Positions 13,001 to 39,406 of a stretch of DNA of 64,000 nucleotides are shown piece by piece. The position numbers and the translations under genes are program-made. The DNA comes from Gordius albopunctatus (lineage: Eukaryota): assembly GCA_964276515.1 (NCBI GenBank), contig OZ193909.1:6262001-6326000 (forward strand), in the 5' to 3' direction. The notes under the pieces were generated by a model, which worked only from the letters and a program-made list of their open reading frames with translations, searched no databases and was not told where the DNA came from. The first letter of the stretch is position 1. Each line of letters begins with the position of its first letter.

Positions 13001-16000
13001 TTTTATAATTTAATAGTAAGTTTTTAAATATTTTGTCCTAATTATTATTAATGAACTAGATAAGCCCGGCAAACGTTGTTTTGCCATATACATTAAGTCT
13101 GGCAAATTAACTAACTTACTATAAGTGTGTGGGGATATTTTTTGCAGAAGTTTTATCTAAATTGAAGTCTTATTTTTACAATCGATGGAAAGTAAACGTA
13201 AATAACTAATTGCAGGTAAAGAGTTTTACGGGGAATGCAGGGGAGAGAAAACTTTTTATTTATGATTTCCTGGGGGGTTGTTGATCTATCGGTTATATTT
13301 TCTTAACCACTCTTAAATAATACCTTTTTTATCATTCGCATCACTTTGTTATATATGGAAAAATCAATACACAATTACGACGGTGAATAAATTTCAGCTT
13401 TTTCACAATACAAATAAGAAATAAATAAGTATGAAACATCAATCTTACCATAATTTGAAACTGGCAACTAATTATTTGATGCTGACAAATTATCATAAGT
13501 AAATATATAGGCAATGATATAAGAGATATGCAAGATAGGCAATTTATTTTATATACATTATTCTAAAATTATATAAGGTTTTATAAACGGAAAATTAAAA
13601 AAAGAACATCAATTTTATTTGAATTTTTCAATTATGTATGACGTCATTATTGTATATGATACTATAAATGAAACTGGCCGGGAAATGTCCGATATTTTTA
13701 AAACGAAAAGGTATTTTAGGAATCTTAAAAAGCTATTTTACCCCTGGCCGCCCTGGGAACCTACGGGTAAAGTTTCGCGCGAATCGGGCCGGTAGTTTCA
13801 GAATTTAGCCCTCACATACATACATATACATACACTATACTTCATATATATAGATTACGCGCGATTAAATACCACTTACAGCAGTCTTCCTAAAGATAGA
13901 GCAATGCACTGAATTCGTAAATATGGAGCACTTTTTTATATATAAGTTTACACTCAAAATATTTTAAAACCGAGTAGATCAAACGAATCATCTACTAAAT
14001 TCAAATTTTCAAGCGCCCTAACATTATTATAACTTTCCTAATTTTGGCTTAAGTGCTATTAGCGCGGGCGACACAAGCAATATAACATTTTGATAATCAT
14101 GGAGTTATTATTATATATAATTAAATATATTTAGGCCAATTAAAAGTCAGAGATAAAATTTTCTTTGATGATGAATTCGATTTTTTGCCGCTTAATCCTA
14201 ACGGGACTCAAAGAGGATGTGTGGATGAATTATGCTATATGGCAGGTTTCACTAAATCCCTAAATATTACAAATAAATGAGCGTAAAATTTTGAGATTTT
14301 GTTTTTTTATTCTTTTGAGAAACTTTTAATATATTTAATTCTAAATTTTAAAAAATTTTGATTTATTTCTAATATCAATAGGTGACGTGCGTGTCAATGA
14401 AAATCCAAGTTTGACAGCAATACACGTTCTATGGCTGAGAGAACACAATCGTATAGCCAGAATTTTACAAGATATTAATCCTGATTGGGACGATGAAAAA
14501 GTCTTTCAAGTTGCGTCATTTATTGTTATAGTGTTCTAGATTTTTTAATTTCCAAACGACCTTGGGTATAGTATGTTAGCTAAGATTTTTTCATATCTGT
14601 GCGTAAACAATGGCAGTATATAATACCATACTACATGGGCTTAGCCAGCAGTTGGATTAGAGGGCGGCAATAATGATTTAGGGAGGGCCAAAATGATAAT
14701 TTTTTGAAATTGTAGCCATAATTTTAATGATTTTAATAAATTTCATCTTTTTTTTTATTTAGAGGGGGGCAGCCGCCCCTCCCTGCCCTACCCTTGGCTA
14801 CGCCCCATGCCATCCTATTATAATTGTGGTAAAAAATTTCTAACAATCATCATTTTGCAGTTCCTTAATTTTTTTAATCTTTTTCCCATCTCAAAACCTT
14901 GTAACGCTCTTTTTCAAAAATACTGAGCATTCGTAATTTTAAACTGAGCATATTATATATATTTTAAGGAGCATTTTTTTAATATTCTACTAGACACATT
15001 AATAAAAGAACATGTTAATGAGCATTTTTAAATTTATCACTCAGCATTTAATTTAAATAACATCCGTTTAGAAGGAGTTTCTCCATGTTTTAAAAGTAGG
15101 CATTTCTAAATTCACAAACAAATTATTAAGGGTAAAGTAGAAAATCACGACCCCTAAATCTTTATACAATATGCTACGAAATTTACATTGTTACTTGTAT
15201 TAGGTATTATATTTACGAGATCCATACCTATAGTGACTAAAACTGTTTTAGAATCCTCAGCTTTAATTGCTTTATAAGTCAATTTTTATCGTTTTTCGCA
15301 GTAATTTTAAAAAATTTGATATTTACTCTATTGTGTTAATTTTATTATTATATAACTCATATTTAATTAAATAATGGTTGATCGTTAGAAAATTTATATA
15401 ATATAAGAAACATAAAAGTTTTAGACACTTAAAAGCAAAGATATAGCTAAATATTAAAGACATTCCACGGATAATAACTTTAAAATATTGAATTAAAGTA
15501 AGGAGAAATCTAAGAGGATCGCTTTATTAGCGTAAATTCGTCAAACATATCTGTAAAAGACAAAAGTGTTTTAAAATATTAGGAAACCCGACGATTTGTT
15601 ACAGCTGAATACCAACACATAACATTTGGCGAATATTTGCCAATTGTTCTAGGCCAAAAAATATTGAACCTCTACCCCGATTTAAAAATCGAGCCCTGGA
15701 ACTCTCCTTCATATTACAATGGCTATTCCCCCGATATATCGCCAGCCATTAGCCAAGTATTTTCTACTGCTGCCTTCCGCTTTGGCCACAGCATGGTAGC
15801 CGATAAGATGATATATATTCAATCCGGACCAAGTTTTAAGTTTGCGCTATAATATTTATTTTTATATATAAGATTTTGAATACTCTTAAAATTGGGTAAG
15901 GGGAGGGTACAGGAAATTCAAAAAAATTGTCTGAGATCACAGGCTTAGCTGAAGGGTCCCCTTGACGAAAAGTCAATAATTTTTATATTAACAAAATAAT

Positions 16001-19000
16001 TTTAATTAAATAATAGTAGTTTGAGTATGGTGACGGGCCTAAAAGCCCGGCTCGCGGGCGGGTACGGATGGGCTTTGTATCATAAAAATTTTAACGGACT
16101 ACAATTAATGAAACGGGCTCGGGCGGGCCTGACGTTTTATAAATGGATTAGAACGGACCAGAGATTATATAAACGATAAAATTGCAAAGGTCCTTAAAAG
16201 TCAGACAATTATATAAATATATAATTTTTATTAAATATATAGATTATTAATTGCTTAATTTTTTTAACCTCTAATTTTTGTATATCCTGCTGTAGCATTT
16301 ATTCGTTTTTCAATTGCTAAATTTGACTTTAAAACATTTTTATTCTATTTGCTATAGATTTTCGTTTATATAATTTAACATTATACCTTCGTATATTATT
16401 TTATATAGAGTTGTTAAATTGTTAACTTTCTTCAACTCCAGCTACCATCTGCTCGAGTTTCTGCTCGGCCCTCGAGCATTTTTATATGCTACTGCTCTGC
16501 CATGTGCACCAAAAGCGAGCATATATTGTGCTAACGAGCATAAGCAACTCAGTGTGCGTGCTCGCGTCTGGAGTTTGAACTTAGCAATTTAACAACTCTT
16601 TATAAGTAAGTTCAATTACTTAATTACAATGCACCAAAATTTTTAATTTCTATGCAATTTATGGGCTCGCTTTTTGTTGTCCGTCCGTCCGTTACCTATA
16701 TTCGCTTCAGCTTTCTGACTTGCAGGTTCAAGTTCAATCCCCGGAGAGGACAAAAAAACTTTTTTAAATTAAATTAATATTTTGTTCTTGTTAATACCAT
16801 TGATAATATGACTTTTTGACCTTCCACTGGTTACTGACCAATGAAAAAAATGACCATTGGCCAAATAAATCCAAATTTTTTTTTCGTTTTGGAATTGGTT
16901 AACATTCATAATTACCCTATGCTCTCCCCTACAAGGGCCTATGCCTCTACTGATATGTGTCCCTGTTCCCCTACAAAGGCTTATGCCTGTGAATGTGGGT
17001 TCGAATCCCGGCGAGGGAAAATTCTTAATTATGGTTCGAATCCCGGAGAGGGCAAAATTTTAATTTTTTTTCAAATTAAATTAATATATTGTTCTTGTTA
17101 ATACCATTATTAATGTCACTTTTTGGCAATCCGCTGGCTACTGGCCAATAAAAAAAATGACCACTGGCCAAATTGTGATTCGAAATTTTTTTTTCGCTTT
17201 TTAATTGGTTAATCAGGTTAACATTGATAATTACTCTATGCCCTCCCCTACAAAGGCCTATACCTCTACTGATATGGGTCCCTGTGCCCCTACAAAAGCC
17301 TATGCCTCTATTAATGTGGGTTCGAATCCCGGGAAGGGCAAAATTTTTTATTTTTTTTAAATTAAATTAATATATTGTTCTTGTTAATACCATTAATAAT
17401 ATAACTTTTTGACAGTGTCCTGGCTACTGACACATGAAAAAATGACCATTGGCCAAATTGTGATTCGAAATTTTTTTTCCGTTTTTTTTTAAATTAATAT
17501 ATTATTTTTGTTAATATTGGTCGTCATATGGCTGCTGACCAATGGAAAAAAATGACCATTGGCCTAATTGTTATTTGAAATTTTTTTTTCGTCTCTTATG
17601 TATTTATATCCTTTTTGACCATGTCCTGGCTACTAATCAATGAAAAAATGACCATTGGCCAAATTGTTTTTATTTTGTTGATTAGGGCGGCATCTAATGA
17701 GGCATAAAAGAAATTTATGAGCAGGAAACTTAGTTAAAAATGGTAACCATTTTTCCATTTCCTTGTCATATGTCAATAAGAAATCAATTTAAATTCCATG
17801 AAAATATATTATTTTGTAATTTATTAAAAAAATATGCTTCTAAAATTCATGGGCGTAGCCAAGGATGGGGGGCAGTAAGGGGCGGCTACCCTCCCCCTAA
17901 ATTCAAAATTTTGTTGAAATTTATTAAAATCATGGCTAAAATTCAAAAAATGATTATTTTGCACCCCCCCCCCATCACTATTGCCCCTCTCTAATTCCAA
18001 TGGCTGGTTACGCCCTAACTTTAATGATTTTCTTCTATTGCGATCTAAACATCAACAATTTAGAAATAAAAATAAGTCAGTGCCACCACAACACAAGCAG
18101 GCACATTATTGGTTTTTTCCTCCTCAATTTCTAATATAATAATTCTAGCAGAGAGGGAAATCAATGGGAAAAGTTGATTCTTTGAACGACAACTGACAGC
18201 TGGGCTAGGGTTTAGGGGTTCCAGTTTGACAAGGATTATGATCCTCCAAGCACTGTTCAGAATCAATATCACTAAACCTTAAACTTCAAAATTCTCTCTC
18301 TCTCGCGCGCAAATTTATTCGATACTTACATATTCCTAAAACCTTATTTAAGGTCATTTATATTTTGTACCAATAAACGTGCATATCTTTGGCGATTTTC
18401 GTGTAATTACTGTAAATCTACAAGCTAAAATCATAAGAATTATATTAAAAAAATAAAAATTAAAACTCGCCTGCTAAAAATTTCTAATTCACAAAACTAT
18501 ATCCTTTATCCTTAACCCATATTCTCGCTTATTAAACGTTAGCTTTTGCCATTAATAATAATATTATTTGCTATGCCCCTAAATCATTATTGCCCCCCCC
18601 CTCTGATTCCAATGCTGGCTAGGCCCATAAATATACCTATACCTATGCTTAACGTTTAAATGTGTTATTGAATGAAAAATCTGGTATTTTAATTGAAATA
18701 TTATATTATAATGAATTCTTTCTATATGTTTGTAAATGGATACTTATTAAACACCTAAATTATCTCGTAACCATAATTAAAGTTTTGCAATTTTGTATTT
18801 TAAATTGTCAGATAAGGATTTGTAATTATATTTAGCTATCAAAATGCCGATATTTTGGCGTAAAATAAAGCTGGGTGAGTATTTAGCTTTGGGGGATCTA
18901 GTTCCTATCGATTTAAAAAAAGCTAATGCTTTTTTGCCAAAAGTAGCCGAACAGGAAGCTACTATTGGAATAAAAATCTTAGAATGAGCAGTGGCTCGGT

Positions 19001-22000
19001 ATTTGAGTGTTTTGCGATCTTCGGCACAAGAAAGTGGGTTATAATTATTATTAGTTGCCGCGAAGATATCGATGCAGGTAAAGTCCCATGCTAGGAACTT
19101 ACCATCCTCCCAGGGGATCATAGAAGCTCCGTCGGGACGCATTCTACCTTGGTTCAAGGATGGAAGGAGTGCCGGCCTATTTTAAAGCCGATTGGATTAA
19201 AAGGTTTATCTTTTGATGTCGGATAAAGCGATATTTGTTCAACATGCAATGAAGTGGGTGATGAGCCCAGATATCTATTTCCTTATTGCAATTTTTGCAG
19301 GGATATCCTATGGTAACTTTAATACCTAGACGGAGAGCTATTGCATACCAAACTTTTGGATTTGAAAGCAAAAGTCCTGAGTGTTTATTTGGGATACATT
19401 CAAGCCATTCGTGACCAGAGTCGGCCGTAAGTGACCTGAGATTAAAATGCTGCACAGTATCACAACTCGAAAGTAGGTAAGCGACGGAGCACGATACTAT
19501 ACTGGCATCCCAATCTCGTTGTTTGACTGACTCTGGAAGGCTGGTTCCTGGTATGAATTTCTCATGCCAAGATAATATGGCCAATTCCGTTAAAAAATCA
19601 TTTGATTGAGAGGTTAATTCAAAAACAAGATCCTTCACAGATTTAAAGGACGAGAGAAAAGCCACAAGGGAAATAGTGAGTGGGAACCTAATTCCTAAGC
19701 CCCCAAATTTGGTTGGAAGAGTGGCCTGCAGCCAGCTGGTATTATCAAAAGGTAGATTCAAAAATTTTTCAAGGAGATCTTTAATTGTAGATTCATATAC
19801 TCATAAAATATCTGTATGTAAAAAAGCAGCAGCTGATCTAAAACAGTGCTGAATTTTGGAGATGCTTAAAAAGTTTTTTATCATAAAGATAGTAGCGGAA
19901 TTTTAAGTTTGTCCAACGTTTATAAGGGAAAATTTTTTCAATTGCGTTTGACCTATGGCCGTAGCCAGGTTTTGGATTAGGGGGGGTCGAAAATGCATCT
20001 ATTTTTTTTAATTTTAAAGGGTTTTTACAGTAAAAAATTTTTTGCCCCCCCCCCGCTACCTACACCCATGGTTTGAGCAGCTCAGCCCCCCTCCAAGGCA
20101 AAAAGGCTATCTACGCCACTGCGTATTAACCTAAATTAATCAAATAAAAGTAAATTGTTGAAAGTGGAATACTCTCATGTAATTTTTTATAGTAATATAA
20201 AGTACTATATTGAAATTTTTTAGATGTAATAACCGCGAAAATAATTGTTGATTTATTATTTTTACATGATAATTATTAATATTTTTATGAATAGGTCATA
20301 AAATAAAATTATGCAAAATTTTTGATGAATTGGGCCGTGGGCAGAGTTCTTTTAAAAAAATTTGAACGAACTTGAGCGGGCCTGACGGTTTTCTAAACAG
20401 GTATGAACGGGCTTAAAAAATTTACGAACGGGCTCGGACGGGCATAAAAAATTTAAGGACGGGCTCGGGCAGGACGGAACTGTTGAAAAAACTTTACGGG
20501 CAGGCTCGGACGGGCCTTCAAGTTTTAAAAACGGGTACGGGCGGGCCGACCTAAAAACGGCCCGTTGCAGATTTCTATGGTGGATAAAAGCAAAAAAATT
20601 TATAGCAACAAATGTCATAAATCGTTAAAAATGCCTGTTTTTATAAAGCCAAAGTGAAACTCAACCAACTTGTTTTCTTTCTAAATTAAGGCCTCTCTAA
20701 AACTCCCACTATCTAAAATACTGATGGCTCAAACTTGGATTACCATGGCCAGGTGGTCGACTAAAGTTGTCTAATGATTAATTCAAGATCATGCATTTTG
20801 CTATATATAATTTTTTATAATAACTTATTTTAGATGGGATAATATATGTATAAATAAACTCAATAAAAATTGTAGGCTTTTTTTCAGCTAATATTTTTTT
20901 AAAAACATTATACCGTAATTTGAAGAGTTTTATACTGTCCTCCTTTATACGCAATTTCATTGTTGTATTATAGCCGTGAAACGCCTACCTACTTAAGAGA
21001 GGGTTACTTTAGACCCAGATTGATTTCTGGAAAACAATTCGCTTTCGGTCCCGAAAACATTATCCAAGGAATATTATACCAAAAATCGTATATAATGGAC
21101 AATTTAGTCACACCCGAGGTTTTAAACTTCAATATTTCGCAATTTATTTCAGCTAAAAAATTATTTTTTGTTAAAAATAGCTAACGAATCGGTTATACCA
21201 AACTAAACCACACGTCCCAGGGCTAGATATCATGGCATTAGATATTCAAAGAGGTCGAGATCATGGTTTACCCCCTTATAATCAATGGAGAATATGGTGT
21301 GGGTTGGAGCCGATGAAATCTTTCGATGATTTAGCCAAAGTTATGCCTACACACCTCATCGAAAAATACCAAAATTTATATGCGTGAGAATTTATTGTTT
21401 TAAAACCCCAATCAATATTTTAGGTAATTTGAGTTAAGGCATAATTTTGCTTGAAACGGTTTATTAAAAACTCTTTCAAATAACATTTTAGAAATACTAA
21501 CAAAGAATTTTTTTAATTTTTTGTAATTCGATATAGATCGGTCGACGACATAGATTTAATATCGGCAGGCATTTCAGAGTATTGGATATATGACGCTATA
21601 GTGGGACCAACTTTTGCTTGTTTAATTACGGAACAATTTATGCGGACTCGTAGAGGTGATAGATTTTGGTACGAGAATGTGCCATCGCCAAATCAACAAA
21701 ACGGTCCCACCCATCTATTTAATCCTTTCACCATAGGTATTTATAATAACACATAAACGAAGAATTTCATCATTTTTCTACAAGTTTTAGTATACATAAT
21801 TATTTTATTAGAGTAGCTTTAAAATACTTTATGAGCAGCAACATTACACCAAAAATAATATTTCAATTGTAGTATATATAAATTTAAAAGGATCATGCAT
21901 AATTTTAGGCAAGCTAGGAAATTTGTCACCTAAATTTGACCAAAAAATACTATTTTCTCATTTTGCAAATTAATGATTTTAACAATTCTCTTGATTTATA

Positions 22001-22276
22001 AAAGTAACACTATTTTATGCAGAGCAATTGTCTGAAATCAAAAAAACAACCATGTCTGCCATTATCTGTGATAATATGTTTCCCTATATAAATGAGATTC
22101 AGCCCAACGCATTCAAAAGCCCTCTAGCATCATTGAAGTATTTATTAAATAAATAAAAATTTAATAACTTTAATTTAAAGGCTTTTTGATCATTAAATTT
22201 ATTCACATAATTTAGCAATCAATTGGTCCCTTGCTCAAATATTGACAGGCCAGATCTGATTTATTGGAAAGAATAA
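7032..22276 (+). CDS. Secreted animal heme peroxidase (peroxinectin/chorion-peroxidase-like), ~758 aa. Exons 7032-7036, 7075-7190, 7408-7527, 9319-9454, 10495-10730, 11134-11319, 11769-11924, 12342-12443, 14135-14245, 14382-14509, 15583-15839, 20974-21118, 21181-21383, 21537-21736, 22023-22137, 22216-22276
   Basis: Phase-consistent GT-AG exons total 2277 nt. Hydrophobic N-terminus ([25 protein letters not shown]). Motifs [37 protein letters not shown] (distal His), [23 protein letters not shown] (distal Arg), [15 protein letters not shown] (proximal His), [17 protein letters not shown]. The first four exons are less certain than the catalytic ones. Confidence 0.93.
8490..8668. mobile_element. 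hAT-type MITE family A (~170 bp, TIR CATGGGCGTAGCCA)
   Basis: Perfect 8-bp TSD TAGATTAG. Other full or partial copies at 14634-14809 (TSD ccatacta/ccatccta), 17848-18017, ~18570-18628, 27112-27260 (acctgacc), ~41646-41767, 44748-44885 (ccattctc), 46108-46276, ~46756-46930, ~55560-55604, ~58823-58975. Confidence 0.9.
8885..9287. mobile_element. MITE-like element with inverted repeat GGTCAAAGTAGCACA
   Basis: GGTCAAAGTAGCACA at ~8885 and its reverse complement TGTGCTACTTTGACC at ~9273 flank AT-rich DNA. Exact ends and TSD are unclear. Confidence 0.55.
13056..13854 (-). mobile_element. Non-autonomous Helitron in a peroxidase intron
   Basis: Minus strand starts A|TCTATATATATG, has a (TATG)n microsatellite near the 5' end, and ends with hairpin GGCAAAACAACGTTTGCC then CTAG|T. 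Insertion between A and T with no TSD. Confidence 0.88.
16406..16601. mobile_element. MITE with long imperfect TIRs (TAGAGTTGTTAAATTG...AACTCCAG)
   Basis: Left end matches the reverse complement of CTGGAGTTTGAACTTAGCAATTTAACAACTCT. A partial right-end copy is at ~27029-27080. Confidence 0.65.
16670..17670 (+). repeat. Tandem repeat array (~290-310-bp units plus ~100-bp subunits) carrying tRNA-type B-boxes
   Basis: Recurring GTTAATACCATT (~16790, 17097, 17383), TGACCAATGAAAAAAATGACCATTGGCCAAAT, CCCCTACAAAGGCCTAT and GGTTCGAATCCCGG. (GTCC)n at ~16678-16692. Confidence 0.85.
18777..19885 (-). mobile_element. 5'-truncated CRE/NeSL-like non-LTR retrotransposon with restriction-like endonuclease, antisense in a peroxidase intron
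   Basis: [14 protein letters not shown] (RT thumb), C-x2-C...H-x3-C knuckle (CKNC..HHPLHC), RHQKIN, and PD-(D/E)xK RLE motif [18 protein letters not shown]. Broken by a stop or deletion near 19177. Confidence 0.85.
19890..20121. mobile_element. Composite MITE (ends TAGTAGCG / CGCCACTG) containing a nested family-A MITE; second copy at 57073-57278
   Basis: Flanking segments near-identical between the two loci. Nested MITE 19954-20070 with TSD gtttgacc/gtttgagc. Confidence 0.75.
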
Positions 22277-22601
22277 TCTACACTTATTATAATCATTAAA
22301 TGTTTATCATACATTTTTAACATGTACAAACGCACATATTTTAGATGTAATAATTTTAATATCTGTCTCTAATTGATAAAAATCGAAATAATTCTCTTCT
22401 AAACTAATGCCAAAATGTATTTTGCAAAGAAATGTGAGTTGTACAGACAAACACGTCTATTTTTATTATACATATATGATAGATGATATATGTTATCGTA
22501 GAGCTTAAATAAATGGCGAAAAACATTCATTAAAATTGTACATTGCAACACGGAATTACCATACATTCAAAATTAACACACATTTTCCTTGCTATGTAGC
22601 T

Positions 22602-35731
<13,130 letters not shown>

Positions 35732-36791
35732 CGCTAAATTTCTTTATTGTCTGAATAGATAAATTTAACGAATTCGGTACAATGCGATACTGCTACCAAT
35801 GGATTCTATGTATTTCGATCTCGCTTAGTAAAATTTTGTCTGATCTTGGGTTAGAACAATTATTATATTGATTCTTCTTCTTTTTTATCAGTTATTTTGT
35901 CCCACATTTGTAAGGTTTGTTTTGATAAGTTTTTTCCATCTTGACCGGGTGAGTGCCATGCCTTGAGTAATCTCTTTAGTTTCCATAACTTTATCGACTA
36001 ACCCTTTCCACGTGATACGGGGTAGTCGTCTTCCTCTTTCCCCGGTGCCTCCATTTCCAGTACTTTTCGATTTAGGCCACCCGTGTCTCTTCTTAGTATA
36101 TGCCCATACCACCTTAGCCGATTTTCGTTTATCATGTCCGCCATAGGTTGAATACCCATTTTTGTCATGAGAAAGTCATTCGTCATATGGTCGAGCTTAG
36201 AATACCCCAAGCTCCACCGTATCATTCTCATCTCTGTGGCTTGTAATAGCTTTCCTTCCGTGGTGTTTAATGCCCATGTTACACTTCCATAGAGTAACAC
36301 CGGTTTTACGATGGATTTGTAGGCTTTGCTCTTCAACCATATTCGCATTTTCTTGTCGCACATTACACCGGATATACTTCGCCATTTATCCTTTTTGGAT
36401 CCGGGCATTGACTTCCGTTGCGCAACCTCCCTCTTGATGTAGCATCGAGCCGAGATATGTAAACCTGTCTACTTTTGGTTACTTTAGATGGTCATCCAGC
36501 GATGGGGTGCCTGTGCCGTTCATTTCCATGTATACCGTTTTTTGATCGTTGACCTTTAAACCATATCCAGCTAAGCGCTTTGACCACTTTTCGGCTTCTT
36601 CGAATACTTTCTCCCTGGTTTCCTCGCATAGTACTATATCATCGGCATATAACATACACCATGATGATGGCTTTTGAATGTCCCTCGTTATCGTGTCTAT
36701 AATCATATTAAATAAAAGGAACTTAAAGTAAATCCTTGATGTAATCCAAGTTTTCTCAGGCACCACCATATTAAATCGTGGGGGACCATGT

Positions 36792-37249
36792 GTCGTATCC
36801 GTAGATACTCATCACCCCCCCCCATGTCCCCTAACACAAAGTTCGTTGACTGTAACATCTGTGTACTGATTATACACACAGTACTAAACCCTACCACTTC
36901 AAAGGCGGTACTTTTCCTTTACATTTGATTTGATTTGATTTACGCGTGTTATCCCCCCCCCCCCAACGCGCTTATACGTGTGTGTTATTTCTATCAATAC
37001 GCATCATTGAATTTGATAACGCGTTTCTATTCATTATTATAATTTTGTCGTCTTGGTTTTAAAATTAATAAACTGAATGAAACTGACATGTAAGATTTAG
37101 TAAAATTAATACTATTTTTAACGGGAGAAATGTTTTCCCCCGGCCCAATATATTTCCCTTATCCTTACCTCAATTTCCCAATTTATTCCTGATGATTCCC
37201 TTTCCTTCAGACTTTTATGTTTTTATTCGTATTCTCTTACGAATACGAT
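36792..37249. mobile_element. TIR element inserted in the RTE RT domain
   Basis: Ends GTCGTATCCGTAGA / TCTTACGAATACGAT, with flanking 7-bp duplication ACCATGT. Removing it rejoins RT text ...SYDMV|PHDLIWWCLRK. Confidence 0.75.
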
Positions 37250-38646
37250 ACCATGTCATAAGATTTCTACAAGTCGATAAAAATAATATGTAGGTCTATC
37301 CTCTTTTCACCATACTTATCCATCATTTGTCTTAGTGCGAAGATTGGGTCGATTGTGGATTTGCCAGTCATGAATCCAAATTGATTAGCCGATATTTCCA
37401 CCTCGTTTTTCAGACTTGTTACTAAGATCCTTTCGATAAGCTTCAAGGAGTGTCAAGTTAGTTTGATCCCTCTGTAATTGCCACAGTCCTGAGGGTCTCC
37501 TTTGCCTTTAAATAACGGTATAATCGTGCTTGCTCTCCATTGATTAGGAATTCGCTCTTCTACCAATATCTTATTAAGGAGGTTTGTCATGGTGGTTACT
37601 CCTTCTTCTCAACATCCGAGCATCGCTTCCATAGGTATTCCATCTAGGCCATTTGCTTTTCCTTTTTGAATTTTGTTTATTTGTGTTCTAACATCATCCT
37701 CCTGAAAGAGTTCGACCGTACTTATATTTGGCTCAATTTTGGGAAGGAAATCCTTGTCATTTGCAATATTCATAAGTTTCTTAAAATATCCTTTCCATCA
37801 CTTCTTTCGGCTTGAATAAGGTTTGACCCTTCTCGTTTTTGACTATTTCAAGAACTCCGACATCGTGACTTTTCTTCTCCCTTATCTTGGCCAATTTGTA
37901 CATAAGCCTATCGCCCCCTTAATGATCCAGTTTGTTTGCCATCTCGGTGTACGCGGCATTCTTCGCTTTTGCAACCTACTTTTTTGCGGCTCTCTTTGCG
38001 TACCTGTACTCTTGATAATCCTCCGACTTTTTTGATTTATGCCACCGTCTATATAGATTTTTCTTTCTTTCGATGAAATCTTTAACCGATTTATCCCACC
38101 ACCATAGTTCCCTATTCCTAGCTTTGCCTCCTTTGGTATGTCCTAGAACACGAATCGCTGTGTCCTTAATGTCCTTAGATTGCGTCTCCCAATCGTCGTC
38201 TACATCCTTTGGCAACTTCCTTGCACCCAAGAGTGGGCTTTTTGATGATATTCTTCGTTCGTTGACGTATCCTTTAGCCTTTCCTATCGAATTCGAGGTT
38301 TATATACCTTTCTTCTTTCGGGAAATACTTTTCTGTCAAGATCCATAACAAGGGGACGATGTTGCCTGGCGATTTCTTCTCCCGGTATTACTTTGCAATC
38401 CTTGATACTCCATAGGTCCTTTCGCCGTATAAGCTAATAGTCAATTTGACTAAATGCTTCCAACTTCTATAGGTCACAATATGATCTTCGCGTTTTTGAA
38501 AATAGGTGTTAACGATCGCCATGTGAGATGCTTGGGATACTATGAGAAGTTTTTCCCCTTCTTTATTCTTGAGCCCATGCGCATAGCCTCCATGATTGCG
38601 TTCATACCCGAGGCGATCTTTCCCTGCGTGAGCGTTGAAATCTGCC

Positions 38647-39313
38647 TAGAGCCCTGCACGGGCCGCCCAAACCCGACCCAATCGGGCTGAGCCCGGATAA
38701 ATTTAATAAAACTATCGGGCATCCGGCCCGACTAAAGGCCGAGCCCGGCCCGTTGTGACTAAAGCAAACTAATCTTTTATAAAATATGATTTAAAAAAAC
38801 TCAACTCGATATTAAATAATTATCTTCGTACACCATACACAATATAGCTTCCAAGCTTCAGCTTTTTCCCCCTGTCTATAATATTTTGACCTAAATTGCA
38901 AATCTTATTCTAGTATTTAAATAAATTCATAGTAGCTATTACTTTAGGAATTAAATATGGAAATTTTTTTTAAAAAATTTATTTGAAACTGTTAGATAAC
39001 AAATATTTTATAAAGTTCGATTTCCAGTTTTATATTATTGGCTGAATAAATTGTAGCGAGTGAAAATCAAAATTTTATTTCAAACTTATGCTAGTTGTAA
39101 ATCACGATTAATAACAATTTAATGCATTATGTATTTATATGGTGAAATAATTTTCAAAAATTTCAAAATAAATTTTTGAAAATTTTTCATTTGAAAAATC
39201 GGGTCGGGCTCGAATGGGGCCTAAAATAAAAAAGTCGTTCGGGCTCGGGCCGTGCAAAATAAAAACTGAAACTTCGGGCTCGGGCAGAAAAAATTTCATT
39301 TTGCAGGGCTCTA
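38647..39313. mobile_element. hAT-type non-autonomous element (TIR TAGAGCCCTGCA)
   Basis: TSD aatctgcc/aatctgtc. Inverted sister copy at 42308-42963. Confidence 0.9.
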
Positions 39314-39406
39314 AATCTGTCCCAATAATTAGCCTTCCTTCATGTCCTATTCCTTGTATTTCCTTTTACAGAGAATCTAAGAATATGTCTTTCTATGATT
39401 CCAGAC

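Noticed and set aside
16990..17345. Functional tRNA genes at the GGTTCGAATCCC motifs
   Set aside because: No A-box, D-arm or anticodon arm upstream; the motifs sit inside repeat units.
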